DNA of 64,000 bases from an uncultured Nitrospiraceae bacterium (GCA_963706325.1 CAVPLT010000001.1:544001-608000), one strand, 5' to 3'; shown: positions 42,204-52,233, counted from the first letter of the stretch. Notes: generated by a model not told the origin, from the sequence alone. A program made the numbers and translations.

Positions 42204-43385
42204 TCAACCTTTCACACACAAGATCTGTTTCAATTCAGCCACGACTTCAACCAAGTCGGCCTGGTTCGCCATCACCTGATCTATATCTTTGTACGCTCCG
42301 GGAATTTCATCCAGTACGCCAACGTCTTTCCGACACTCCACGCCAGCCGTCTGCCTCTGTAAATCCTGTACAGAGAACGTGCGTTTGGCTTGTCCACGGG
42401 ACATCCGGCGGCCCGCCCCGTGGGAGCAGGAGTGGTAGGATTCTGGGTTACCGCGTCCGCGGACAATGTACGATCGGGCGCCCATGGACCCTGGAATGAT
42501 CCCCATATCGTCTTGTCTCGCCCGCACCGCGCCCTTGCGGGTGACGATCACCTGATGGCCGAAGTGATGCTCGCGCTCGGCATAGTTATGATGGCAGTTC
42601 ACTTCCATAAGGGGCACGATCGGTCTTCTCGTTTTCTGCACGATATTCTCCACCGCACGTAGGACGCGGCGCATCATCAGGTCGCGGTTCATGAACGCGT
42701 AGGTTTGAGCCCATTGCAGGTCGTCCCAGTAGGCATCAAACTGGGCGCTGCCCTCTTCCAAATAGGCGAGGTCGGGATCTGTCAGCCTGACCCGGTGCTG
42801 CTGCATAATCTTTTTCGCCTGATACATGTGCACTTCCGCAATCTCTTTCCCAATATTGCGCGAGCCCGAGTGCAACATCACCCAGACCTGTTGGATCTGA
42901 TCCAGGCAGAGCTCGATGAAATGATTGCCTCCACCGAGCGTCCCCAATTGCCTCTGTGCCTTATCGAAACGATTGCGCAGCTGGGGCGGCCGCCGGGTGA
43001 ACTCGTTCCATCCTTGCCACGCGCTTGACTCTGGACTAGGCGTCTTGTGTTCATTGAAGCCGACGGGAATGGACCGTTCAATCTCAGCCCGTAGGCTTTT
43101 CAGGGAGGCAGGAAGATCGGACGCCATGAGCGGCAGTTGCACGGCCATCATGCCGCAGCCAATGTCGACGCCGACAGCGCCGGGAATGACGGCGCCCTTG
43201 CAGGCAACTACGGATCCGACCGTGGCCCCATAGCCTAGATGGACGTCCGGCATGGCAGCGATGTGTCGAAACACGCAGGGCAGATTCGCCGTGTTGACTA
43301 ATTGCTGTAGGGCAGACGCTTCGACCTCTGCGAGGGGAGCCCACAGTTTGATTGGGACCCGTGCGCTGTTCACAACGGCTTTCAT
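42204..43385 (-). CDS. rtcB: RtcB RNA ligase
   Basis: MPDVH, VGVDIGCG, GGGNHFIE, HSGSR, HHNY, PGSMG, SHGAGR and terminal KG motifs; SD GGAG before ATG 43385. Confidence 0.96.
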   Translation of the reverse strand: MKAVVNSARVPIKLWAPLAEVEASALQQLVNTANLPCVFRHIAAMPDVHLGYGATVGSVVACKGAVIPGAVGVDIGCGMMAVQLPLMASDLPASLKSLRAEIERSIPVGFNEHKTPSPESSAWQGWNEFTRRPPQLRNRFDKAQRQLGTLGGGNHFIELCLDQIQQVWVMLHSGSRNIGKEIAEVHMYQAKKIMQQHRVRLTDPDLAYLEEGSAQFDAYWDDLQWAQTYAFMNRDLMMRRVLRAVENIVQKTRRPIVPLMEVNCHHNYAEREHHFGHQVIVTRKGAVRARQDDMGIIPGSMGARSYIVRGRGNPESYHSCSHGAGRRMSRGQAKRTFSVQDLQRQTAGVECRKDVGVLDEIPGAYKDIDQVMANQADLVEVVAELKQILCVKG

Positions 43386-43605
43386 ACCCACTCCATTCTA
43401 AAAATTGGTAAGAGGCTCTGCGTTATTGTACCGTCTATGGCCTTCGTGTGCCTCGCCATCCCGCGGCTAATATCGATACGTGCGTCCGCTTAGCGAGTTC
43501 TAATGCCCAGCTAATGAGGCTCTCATCCCCCACCCGTAACCTAATAGACCGGTCGACGTATGGTCCACAGAGGCGGTGCACAATCATATGTACAGAGAGG
43601 GTCGG

Positions 43606-44094
43606 ATGATCCACGGCATCTACGGAACGCGGTTTACCTCCAATGGACAAGACATCGGAGGCGGCATTGTGGTCATTGACGGCATATCGATTCACGGCGG
43701 CGATCCTGATTATCTCTATAAGGGTCAATATTGGCTCCAAGGCAATCACCGCATCGAAGCGATCGTGAATGTACAGAATTACACCGGTCGTTTGAACGCC
43801 CTCGTAGGCCATTTGTCATCCTTTGAGCTCACGCTATCCGGCATGGCGGAGCCTAAGCTGATGCGCCTTTCAGGGTCCGTGAATGGACAACGTCATCGGA
43901 CCATTCAAATCGCCCTCACCAAGATCAGCGATCTTGTCGATCCGTCGATGGGATGTTTCGATGCGGCCTGCGCCATAGTTGCCGGCACGGATCTTGAGAC
44001 TCCTTGCACCGTCACTCACCGGACCCGCCGGTCTTCAGGCAGGATGGAGAGGAGTGAGGTCAAGCCCCCACGCCGAAACAGCCGCAATAGGTGA
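43606..44094 (+). CDS. GrlR-like beta-barrel protein
   Basis: GIY..RF...GGGIVVI....IHGGD..YLYKG.Y pattern; the C-terminal tail looks like read-through. Confidence 0.65.
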   Translation: MIHGIYGTRFTSNGQDIGGGIVVIDGISIHGGDPDYLYKGQYWLQGNHRIEAIVNVQNYTGRLNALVGHLSSFELTLSGMAEPKLMRLSGSVNGQRHRTIQIALTKISDLVDPSMGCFDAACAIVAGTDLETPCTVTHRTRRSSGRMERSEVKPPRRNSRNR

Positions 44095-44253
44095 TCCATC
44101 TTTTTCAACATCCCGCTCGTCCATCAGGGAAAACGTGCCCGCTATGAAGAAGCGGCCAGGGCTCTACCCAGGTACGGTCTCTGGCCTGGTGCAATAAGCT
44201 ACAACTGTCTTAACCATCCTCACCTTGCCCACTGTGTAGTCGGAGGGCAGGGC

Positions 44254-44817
44254 GTGAGTTCATCATTGTTCACGGTGCAGGTGAAAGTGCAGGCGACTCA
44301 GAAAACTCTATCTCTCTTCGCTGGGCTGCTTGTGACCTGCCTAAGCATGGGATGCTCCAGTGTCAGCGTTCTTCGTCTAACTTCAGACACATTTCCCCGT
44401 CGCTCGGTGGAGGAGGTGGCGATCTTGAGCGAGGCACCGCCCACCGAACATATTCGAATCGCGGAGCTCTCGGAGACGTCTTCCTCCCGTGTCGATACGC
44501 TTCACCGACACATTTTGAAAAAAGCCGCACAATTGGGGGCGGACGCGGTCATATTCTCGGTGCCTCACACCCGTTCGGAACAGCGAGTGGACTATCAGCC
44601 GATGTACAGCCCGTGGGGATATTATGCCCCCTATTACTATGGACCCGGTCCCTACGGCTATTCGAGACCCTGGGGCTACTCCTACGGCGGATATGGGGCA
44701 TTTAGGCCGTTCGGAGGGTACCGGCGGTATGCGGCCATACCCTACTCAGTCCGGGTTACATCCCTTAAGGGTGTCGCGATCAGATATGGCGGGTCGCCTG
44801 GAGCGCCCGCACCGTAG
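44254..44817 (+). CDS. lipoprotein, YbjQ-like fold with Tyr/Gly/Pro-rich insert
   Basis: LSMGC; KKAAQLGADAVI; GVAIRY. Confidence 0.7.
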   Translation: MSSSLFTVQVKVQATQKTLSLFAGLLVTCLSMGCSSVSVLRLTSDTFPRRSVEEVAILSEAPPTEHIRIAELSETSSSRVDTLHRHILKKAAQLGADAVIFSVPHTRSEQRVDYQPMYSPWGYYAPYYYGPGPYGYSRPWGYSYGGYGAFRPFGGYRRYAAIPYSVRVTSLKGVAIRYGGSPGAPAP

Positions 44818-44832
44818 ACGGAAGGAGACACC

Positions 44833-45309
44833 GTGAATCGAAATATGCAGTGGCTGGCGGGTATCGGACTTTTGGTTTTGATGGGGTGCAGCGGCCCGTC
44901 GGCCATACTCCAGGAACGACACGCAGTTGATCCGGTCATGGACATGCTGCATCGGGGCATCCTCGACTTGGAGGAAAATGTCGAAGAACTCCACGAACGC
45001 ATCGCCGAACTGCAGCAACTGCCCCCTGTGCCGGATCCCGCGGTTCAGGAGTTGCGCGCACTCGATCTCGCGGGCTGGCAGCTTCACCAGCAACAGTGGC
45101 TGCTACAGCGTGAGCGACTGTTCTTGGCAGTGCATCAGATTCAACAAGCCCAGGCACACCCACCCCAGCGTGCTGATCTCTGGGCCCAATGGACCGGACG
45201 ACAGCAGCAATTCCTGACCTCGCTGGAAGATCTTCGCGCCCAACGACATGCACTGGAACAAAAACGATTAGCCGTGGAATCTCAGCTTCTCGAGCGGTAT
45301 TTCAAGTAA
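44833..45309 (+). CDS. helical lipoprotein
   Basis: AAGGAG SD, LMGC lipobox, Gln/Leu coiled coils. Confidence 0.75.
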   Translation: MNRNMQWLAGIGLLVLMGCSGPSAILQERHAVDPVMDMLHRGILDLEENVEELHERIAELQQLPPVPDPAVQELRALDLAGWQLHQQQWLLQRERLFLAVHQIQQAQAHPPQRADLWAQWTGRQQQFLTSLEDLRAQRHALEQKRLAVESQLLERYFK

Positions 45310-45604
45310 GAATTGTCATTCGAGCGGATGGCCGGCTTTTTCATCGGCCCCGTCGTTGAGTCACGTTTCGCTGGCACCGGGCCAACCGACGCGCTCGCTG
45401 TGGAGGGCGTGAGAGTTGTTGTAGTGATCCATGCGAGACGCCGACGCACACACGCCTCCCATTCAATAAGTAGCCCACATCCCGAGATCTGTGCTCCGCT
45501 TCTTGCCTGAACTGAGATTGCCAGTGATGCATCCAGCAAATCCCTACCCAACATGCCTCCTGAGAAGGCCGATTGGTGCAGTCGCTTTGTTTCAGGGACT
45601 CAAT

Positions 45605-45880
45605 TCAATTGGTTGCTGAGGGGAACTGCGCGTCAATCCATTCAATGGCGAGCTTCTTGGCCACGGTGTCGGCAGCCTCCTTCGTCGGCAACGGATGGTC
45701 CGCAGCATCGACAACTTGCTGCTGTCCTAGATGATCCCCACCGACGCAACAATTTATCTGTGCTTTTGGAGCCCAGCCGCCTTCGGCCAATAGATAAGAC
45801 ATGAGCGAGATTTTCCGAGTTTTATGCTTGAAAAAGGGCGGCTCCTGATTTGCTTCGTTCACGTCTTCTTCATTCGGCAT
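45605..45880 (-). CDS. hypothetical protein
   Basis: 91 aa, AAGGG SD. Confidence 0.55.
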   Translation of the reverse strand: MPNEEDVNEANQEPPFFKHKTRKISLMSYLLAEGGWAPKAQINCCVGGDHLGQQQVVDAADHPLPTKEAADTVAKKLAIEWIDAQFPSATN

Positions 45881-46016
45881 GGTGATAACCCTTCCTGGCG
45901 GCTGAAACTCCGGTCTTCAACAGGGTCACCCTTAGCGACTAGCAGTCACATGACGCCACATCGTGGCCCGGTCGAAGAACAAGAATTATTTGAAGTAGGT
46001 AAGGCAAGGATTGAGT

Positions 46017-46223
46017 TTAGCCACTGTCGGACGAGAGTTCATAGGAAGACACTTCTTTGGACTTTCCGCAGGTGTCGCAGGTGCCTTCTTGAGTTCGATG
46101 TGTATGGCCGGCAGCGTCCGTTGAAGGCCTAAACACGCTCGCATCAATGAAGTCACCTTGAGTACTATTTCGGATGTTCAGCAGCTTTTCGCAGTCGACG
46201 CAGTATTTGTATGTTGTTGCCAC
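46017..46223 (-). CDS. small Cys4 protein
   Basis: CVDC...CDTC; GAGAGG SD before GTG 46223. Confidence 0.6.
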   Translation of the reverse strand: MATTYKYCVDCEKLLNIRNSTQGDFIDASVFRPSTDAAGHTHRTQEGTCDTCGKSKEVSSYELSSDSG

Positions 46224-46270
46224 GTGTGATTGCCTCTCGCCATGGAGCTCAACAAGCATTGCCGCGAGGG

Positions 46271-46561
46271 CTAACCTTCTTTGATGCCTAGTGTGTTGTT
46301 GTTGAGATAGACAACAGGCCCCGAGCGGAACCAATCAACGAGCCCCTTATTGTATAAAGTCAGCTCTAGCTCTTGCAGTGAGAGGCGACTGTCTTGCAAG
46401 AGGTCCATCCCGATCTGGATCGTAGATTTTAAAGTCGCCCCTTCAAACAGCATCACCGTGCGGTCAACAGCGGTCCGGGAACCGTCTTCAATTCTCCAAC
46501 CCGGAAGAATCTGCGAGAGGTGCCGACGAATCACCGTCATCTTCTGTGCCTCACTGCTCAT
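46271..46561 (-). CDS. hypothetical protein
   Basis: 96 aa; paralog remnant at 33.7-34.07 kb. Confidence 0.65.
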   Translation of the reverse strand: MSSEAQKMTVIRRHLSQILPGWRIEDGSRTAVDRTVMLFEGATLKSTIQIGMDLLQDSRLSLQELELTLYNKGLVDWFRSGPVVYLNNNTLGIKEG

Positions 46562-46624
46562 GTCAATTTCACATAGTAATAGGTTTTGCCTCTAAAAAGG
46601 CGTGCGATGACCGATAACGCGCTA

Positions 46625-46894
46625 TTAGCTGGGCGGTGCATTCATCGAGGAGATAGGAGACTGACCGGGCTTTGAGATGCTCACCGTAAAATGATGGCAA
46701 TCCCTGCATAAAGCTGAAAAGGAGGAAACTTTCGGATTGTAAGAAGTATGGATATGCCCTTGTGGCGTGTCCGCATCCGGCGCCAGGAGGGACTCATCCA
46801 ACAGGATGGATTTCCCGCACCCAGGATTCTCACATCGGACAGTACTCGGAGGTCTTGCGGTTGTTCCTTCTGTATCTACCATAACAAGCTCCAT
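46625..46894 (-). CDS. small Cys4 protein
   Basis: CENPGC...CRDC; AGGGGA SD. Confidence 0.6.
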   Translation of the reverse strand: MELVMVDTEGTTARPPSTVRCENPGCGKSILLDESLLAPDADTPQGHIHTSYNPKVSSFSALCRDCHHFTVSISKPGQSPISSMNAPPS

Positions 46895-47699
46895 GTATCC
46901 CCTATGCCGCTATTAAAGACGGACAATGGGTTTGACCCGTTTTCCAATCACACAACTGTCCGCCGGCAGGAGGTCTGATGTAGTCGATATTGCATTGGCG
47001 GACCACCCCTCTACATCCATACTTCTGAATTCTAATTGTCCTGAAGTGACCTTTCTACTGGGATTCCCCCGAGAGGGAGCCTCTTTACCCGACGACAGCT
47101 GAGATTCAGCGTGTTTCGTCCAGGTTTTCCAGGTCGAGTAATCGTGCGGGTGTCCGGAACAGACTGCTTGCAGGAGAAAGAGCGTCAGTAGGTAGCTGAA
47201 GGTCAAGAAAATTGGTCTCGAGAGGGACATTCCATTCTCCTCCGACAGCTCCGTTCGCAGCCACTTTCCCTTGTACACCGTAGAACCTCCGACGCTGAGC
47301 CACTTGAATGGGTAGGGCTGGGGGTTTCGTCATGCATTCGCAGCTGGAGCGGCAATTCGACCAATTTTCTCCCACCCTGTGACGGCGCCCGTCGTGAATT
47401 TCGCTGATGTACTCATGGAGGCTGGCTTGACTGTATAAGCCGGTGCGCCTTTTGCAGACTGTTCAGCTGCTATCGATGAGCCCACTGGAACAAGGGAAGG
47501 GAACATGGACGAGGGAAAGGGAAAGGCAGCAAGGATTAGCATGCTCCGCTTGATCGAGAGCACGAAGAACAGGAGAAGGTTCCGCCTCGAGGCAAGGCAA
47601 AAGAGAACAAGGTCCCCGACGCCGGTTCCGAGGGGCAGCGTAGCTGCCCCTCGGAGAATTAGCTCAAAGCCGTTGGTTGTCAAAGACGGAGGCCACACC

Positions 47700-47861
47700 A
47701 TGTGCTGTGAACGCGGTCGAAACTTAGTGGTGCCGGTTCCTCTTCTTGATGAGGGGGGTGGAGTGATGGATGACCCGGCATGGCGGTGTGTGGCCTGTGG
47801 CGATATCATTGATCCCCTAATTGCCAGGCCCCGCCGCAACGCCAAATTGCCTGCGAGATAG
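47700..47861 (+). CDS. zinc-ribbon family copy 2 (first CxxC degenerate)
   Basis: GGAGG SD; MCCERG...LLDEGGG...AWRCVACGDIIDPLI; close to the 41571 copy. Confidence 0.6.
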   Translation: MCCERGRNLVVPVPLLDEGGGVMDDPAWRCVACGDIIDPLIARPRRNAKLPAR

Positions 47862-48367
47862 CGCGACACGGTCAGGCTGCGCTTTCCTACGGCGGTAAGT
47901 ATGGATTCGCAGTAAAAAAACCGAAGCAGCTGAACCCCTCCGGTTCGACAGGGGTCGCAAGATTGTTCTCCACTCCGTCATCCCTCTGGCCATCTTCGGA
48001 GCCTGCGGAAGTTCGTATGACGGCAGCGAGAGTAAGGTTCTCTTGCAATTTTCCTGTGGACGGATCGTTGGTGTCGAAGGGATTTCACTGTGGGAGCGTC
48101 GCGACTATGGGCGACGCCCTACCTTTACCGGATTGCTCGTACGTCCCAAGGTTCCGTAGTCGAATTGCATTCATGGCCTGGGCACTACCGTGACAGGAAG
48201 CTCAACAAGGCGTGGGAGTTGGAGCCATGACGCAGGGTCTTCGGGCATAGTAGGTAGGATGAGCACGAGGCGAAATACCCGAGGCCGAAGCTGCCAGCGC
48301 TGCGGGACCATTGGAACAACTGGACTTTAACGCGGTCTTGTGTTGAAGTTTGGTTGAAGGAGCATCT

Positions 48368-48550
48368 ATGCCAGTTCAGCATCTCAAAGCATCAGCGTTG
48401 GTGAAGAAGCAATGGGGCGCATTTTGCTGTGAATGTGGAAAGAATGCCGCCGATGCGACGGACGACGCTGTATGGACGGTTTGGACGGTGGAAATGTTGT
48501 ACTGTCCGGCATGTGCGAAGGGGGAAGGAATCGGGCCGGATGATTTCTGA
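48368..48550 (+). CDS. small Cys4 protein
   Basis: AAGGAG SD; CCEC...YCPAC. Confidence 0.65.
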   Translation: MPVQHLKASALVKKQWGAFCCECGKNAADATDDAVWTVWTVEMLYCPACAKGEGIGPDDF

Positions 48551-48869
48551 GCAGCTGGCCATGCGGCGAGATCGAAGTGGCTTTTGCACGACTGAAGGGC
48601 GTGTCTGTTCACGGACTGGCCGGTTTGTATGAAGAAACTGCTGCAAGCTCCGCGAACAGAGCGTGGCCTAACATAGACCCTCCGGCCACTACCCCCGGGC
48701 CAGCACTCTACAGGACTTAGCCGAATCAGACAGCTCCCCACGATGGGCGCAGGCGGAGGCCGGTCAGAAGTCAGGGCCACGGTCTGGCCGGATCTTCATC
48801 ACTGTCATCATAAAATCTACTAGGGTTTCCATCCAGGGCATCCGCCTAGGTGCGACGCTTGCGACTCAT

Positions 48870-49178
48870 ATGGTACACAACAAGGCCATGCAATCAGACT
48901 GCGTACATGATTACCGGCTAGAGTCTGGCGGTGGGTCGTACCTTACGGGCGCATATGTATGCCGCTTTTGCAGCTTCCGAATCAGCATGTCTGATGAGCA
49001 GTTCAGAAAGCACGCAGATCCTCGAGACTACCAAGTGAACAGCAATACCACAGAGACAGAAAGCGTTGAAGAGGACCCCAGCACGACGGTTCGCGACTCT
49101 TTTCCCCGAATTCCCCCGGCTTGTCTCCTTGCCTCTCAAATCGAAAGCCTCATCGAGATCTGCTGTATAGGGATCTAG
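48870..49178 (+). CDS. hypothetical protein with CxH...CxxC
   Basis: CVH...YVCRFC. Confidence 0.45.
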   Translation: MVHNKAMQSDCVHDYRLESGGGSYLTGAYVCRFCSFRISMSDEQFRKHADPRDYQVNSNTTETESVEEDPSTTVRDSFPRIPPACLLASQIESLIEICCIGI

Positions 49179-49652
49179 CTGCTGTTTGCACCACCCCTTC
49201 TTTACGCCTGCATGTATCCAATGAAGACCTTGTCCGTATGGCGCCATGAATTGACGTCTATTCTTTTAATATCCTTCCCCGCCCTAGTATGTGTCTCGTC
49301 TAGCACGTAGGCTAGGCAGCCATAGTAGGGCTGAATCACATTTATCAAGAATGCAGTCAGGGCTGCGCAAAATCCAATAGGTGCGGTGCTTGTGGAATCG
49401 AAAGCACGTTGAGCGACAAGATGTTGCTGGTTGCTTCGTGCAGTCTTAGGATGTGCTAGATCCATGCAGCTCTTGACGTGCAACTCCAAAAGGCTCAAAA
49501 GTGGGTAGCTTACAAGATGCTTCCCGGCTTTACGAGCCACGCAGAATCTTTCCGATAGCCTGGTGGTTCCGTTGAGGCGTTATTGATTTGAACGGTCGAG
49601 AAGTGCTCTTGCCAAGAGTAGCTGACCGAGCCTGAGGAAGCGACGATCTATT

Positions 49653-50009
49653 ATGATACGAGCCAAGATATCCATCCAACGCACCCCTGAGGGATTGTGG
49701 AAGATGGAACGCGGCGCCATCCACATTGATTCGGTGAGACAGCTGGCTCTTCCGCCCCTCCCCCAAGAAGAAATTTTGGATGATCTGGTCGAAACCCTCA
49801 TGGGTCAGACCCTCCTTTCTCTCGACAAGAACGGCCGACGAGGCACCTCGGAACCGATTCAATGGGAAATTATCGTGGATCGCGTGCCGCACTGCTATCG
49901 CTGCGTCCAACCCATGGCGGAGACGACACCATCGTCAGATGGTTCGACCGGTCCAGGCCGCGCCGAGTGGAAATGTGCAGAGTGTGGAATAGTGATCCAG
50001 TTAAGTTAG
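49653..50009 (+). CDS. hypothetical protein with C-terminal zinc ribbon
   Basis: CYRC..PM...WKCAECG. Confidence 0.65.
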   Translation: MIRAKISIQRTPEGLWKMERGAIHIDSVRQLALPPLPQEEILDDLVETLMGQTLLSLDKNGRRGTSEPIQWEIIVDRVPHCYRCVQPMAETTPSSDGSTGPGRAEWKCAECGIVIQLS

Positions 50010-50373
50010 CGCTCGGTGTGCTCGAGGGATAAAGATCTGGTCGTCACGCTGGCTCCTCTCGATGATATTGCAAGGCACGGGCCTTGCGGAGTTCTCTTCG
50101 GCAACGGCTGCATCATTTTCAGACTTTTAGCAGAACCACTGGGACTCGATAGGAATCACATTGCGCTTATTCCTATCCGATGAATGACCCAGAACATTCC
50201 GTTGAACCGCGAAGCAGGGCTTCACTCGTTGGGTAAGAGTGAGGGAGGCGTGGTAGCAAGCGCTTGCAGGCATGCCACGAACACCAGTAAGGTGAGACGA
50301 TAGCAACCGCTGAAGTCCCTCAGCAGTCTAATAAATTCTGTTCTTTATCCGTAGCGCAGGAAAGGGAAAATTT

Positions 50374-50790
50374 GTGAGCGCACTCTCGCAGATTCAAATC
50401 TATACGGACGGGAGTTGTCTCGGGAATCCCGGTCCAGGGGGCTGGGCCTACATCATCGTTCAGGAGGGCAAGGAACGAAGGGAGGGCTCGGGTCACTGTA
50501 CGGCCACGACCAACAATCGCATGGAAATGATCGCCGCCATCGAAGCGCTGAAGAGCCTTGCGCCTGCTCAATCCGTCGTACTCCATTCGGACTCTCAGCT
50601 ACTGATCAAGACCATGACGCTGGGATGGAAACGTAACAAGAACCAAGATTTGTGGGCTGAGCTGGATCAGCTTGCGGCGGTGCATCGTATTACCTGGCAG
50701 TGGGTGCGCGGTCATAACGGGCATCCGGAGAACGAAGCGTGCGACAACCTTGCGCAACGAGCCGCTTCCATCGCCAGTTCTTCGCGTTGA
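50374..50790 (+). CDS. rnhA: ribonuclease HI
   Basis: YTDGSCLGNPGPGG, TTNNRME, SDS, N.DLW and WVRGHNG..ENE.CD motifs. Confidence 0.95.
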   Translation: MSALSQIQIYTDGSCLGNPGPGGWAYIIVQEGKERREGSGHCTATTNNRMEMIAAIEALKSLAPAQSVVLHSDSQLLIKTMTLGWKRNKNQDLWAELDQLAAVHRITWQWVRGHNGHPENEACDNLAQRAASIASSSR

Positions 50791-50812
50791 AGGCAGGCTC
50801 AGAAAGGACGGT

Positions 50813-51016
50813 ATGCACCTACTGAAAGTCGGCCGTTTCCACATTAACCTCGCCTACATTCAATTCATTCATGAAGAACGGGAAGATTTTATCCTCCATT
50901 TCAGCGAAGGCGCCAACATCCGAACTACCAGCGTCGCGCGAAGTTCTCCTGACGGAGAACTGCTGCAGCGATTCGTCACGAGCCGTCTGTGGGTTGATCC
51001 AGCCTCTGCGTCCTGA
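50813..51016 (+). CDS. small hypothetical protein
   Basis: AAAGGA SD; 67 aa directly after rnhA. Confidence 0.55.
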   Translation: MHLLKVGRFHINLAYIQFIHEEREDFILHFSEGANIRTTSVARSSPDGELLQRFVTSRLWVDPASAS

Positions 51017-51198
51017 GGCATTTTATCTAGAGCCTCAGTCTCCGGCCCTGTAGCCGATCACTTGAGCAAGGCGGCTCCCCGAGACAAGAGCGTTGCGCGA
51101 TCGTGGGCACACGCAGGATTACGTGACGCTGCTAGTGGCTTGGAGTGAGGTGCTGAATGCACTTTCCTGAGCAGAATTGTTGACGAGCGGTCTCATGG

Positions 51199-52116
51199 TC
51201 AGCCTTGAACCGTCGATCGCCTCGCGAGTTGCTCTAACTCCTCATCCAGCGCAGCAAAATCTTCCAGTATATCGATATGTGATTTCAGGAAATGCTCACG
51301 CATCGCGAGGGCGCCATGCCCTCCGACGGTGAGGTGAGAGGCGGGACTCACCTCCTGAGCCAGAGCCTGAATTATCTCGGTGGCTCTGGTTTCTGTGAAG
51401 GCCAATGGAAAAGACACGATGGTCAGATTCGGCTCCACCTCGTGGCAGAGCTTGGTCAGGTCCGCCACGGGCACATTCGCTCCTAGGTAGTACACACGAC
51501 AGCCTCGCACGCGGCAACGATAGGCGACGGCCAACGCGGCGATGTCGTGCTCCTCTCCGGGCGGGCAGGCCACCACCACTTTGACGCCAAATTCAGCCAC
51601 TGGCAGCTGATTCATCGCGGAAAAAATTTTCTGTTGGATGTGCTTGGTGACGTAATGTTCGAGGGCCACATTCACGTGGCCGTCGTGCCAGAGTTGCCCG
51701 ACCTGCGCTTGGAGCGGGAGTAAGATCCCGTGGAGCGCTTCTTCAAAGGGCACCACCGCAACCGCCCCGTTTAATCTTTTTTCAAACATGACGCGGTCAA
51801 AGGGCTCCAGCGCCGACAACAGTTCCCTCAAAAGGCGATCGAAGGTATTGTCGATAAAGGAAGTGCGTGGCGAAGCCGCTCGCATCCGGTTCAGAAGTTC
51901 CTCTCGGCCCAATCGCGCGAGGTCTCCGATGGAACCACCAGCATCTAATTGCTCTTTCAGGTAGCGCAGCAGCGCCACATCTTCATCTGAATAGTTGCGA
52001 TAGCGATTAGCTCCTCGCGTTGGTCTTAGGACCCCAAATCGGCGTTCCCATACCCGAATCACATCCTTCGACAGTCCGGTGAGTTTCGCAACTCTATGAA
52101 TTCTATGAATATTCAT
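51199..52116 (-). CDS. CarH/LitR-like MerR regulator with cobalamin-binding domain
   Basis: MerR HTH (VAKLTG..IRVWERRF..P.R...YR.YS); W-x9-EH (WHDGHVNVALEH); GEEHDIA; YLGANVP. Confidence 0.9.
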   Translation of the reverse strand: MNIHRIHRVAKLTGLSKDVIRVWERRFGVLRPTRGANRYRNYSDEDVALLRYLKEQLDAGGSIGDLARLGREELLNRMRAASPRTSFIDNTFDRLLRELLSALEPFDRVMFEKRLNGAVAVVPFEEALHGILLPLQAQVGQLWHDGHVNVALEHYVTKHIQQKIFSAMNQLPVAEFGVKVVVACPPGEEHDIAALAVAYRCRVRGCRVYYLGANVPVADLTKLCHEVEPNLTIVSFPLAFTETRATEIIQALAQEVSPASHLTVGGHGALAMREHFLKSHIDILEDFAALDEELEQLARRSTVQG

Positions 52117-52127
52117 GGCGGATTGAA

Positions 52128-52233
52128 ATTATATCTACATGTCTAATGTTTGTCAAATATGTATTGATATAACTATTGACACATTGGACAAATAGGGCTA
52201 TACATTAGACATACTTGTTACAAACATTGAACA
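52128..52233. promoter_or_regulatory. divergent promoters with CarH-type operator repeats
   Basis: Minus strand TTGACA (52156-52151)-N17-TATAAT (52133-52128); plus strand TTGACA at 52176; TAGACA/GTTACA/TGAACA at 52206/52217/52228 with 11-bp period. Confidence 0.8.

Larger units (their letters stand above)
26809..51100. other. accessory/island-like region downstream of tRNA-Leu
   Basis: Low coding density, many short ORFs and remnants, begins at the tRNA 3' end. No integrase or att repeat seen; the right boundary is approximate. Confidence 0.55.

Noticed and set aside
44600..44745. Low-complexity Tyr/Gly/Pro repeats
   Set aside because: This is protein-level low complexity within a lipoprotein, not a DNA repeat array.
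50073..50088. AGGCAC-N5-TTGCG sigma54-like site
   Set aside because: It is imperfect and about 285 bp from rnhA, with no other support.
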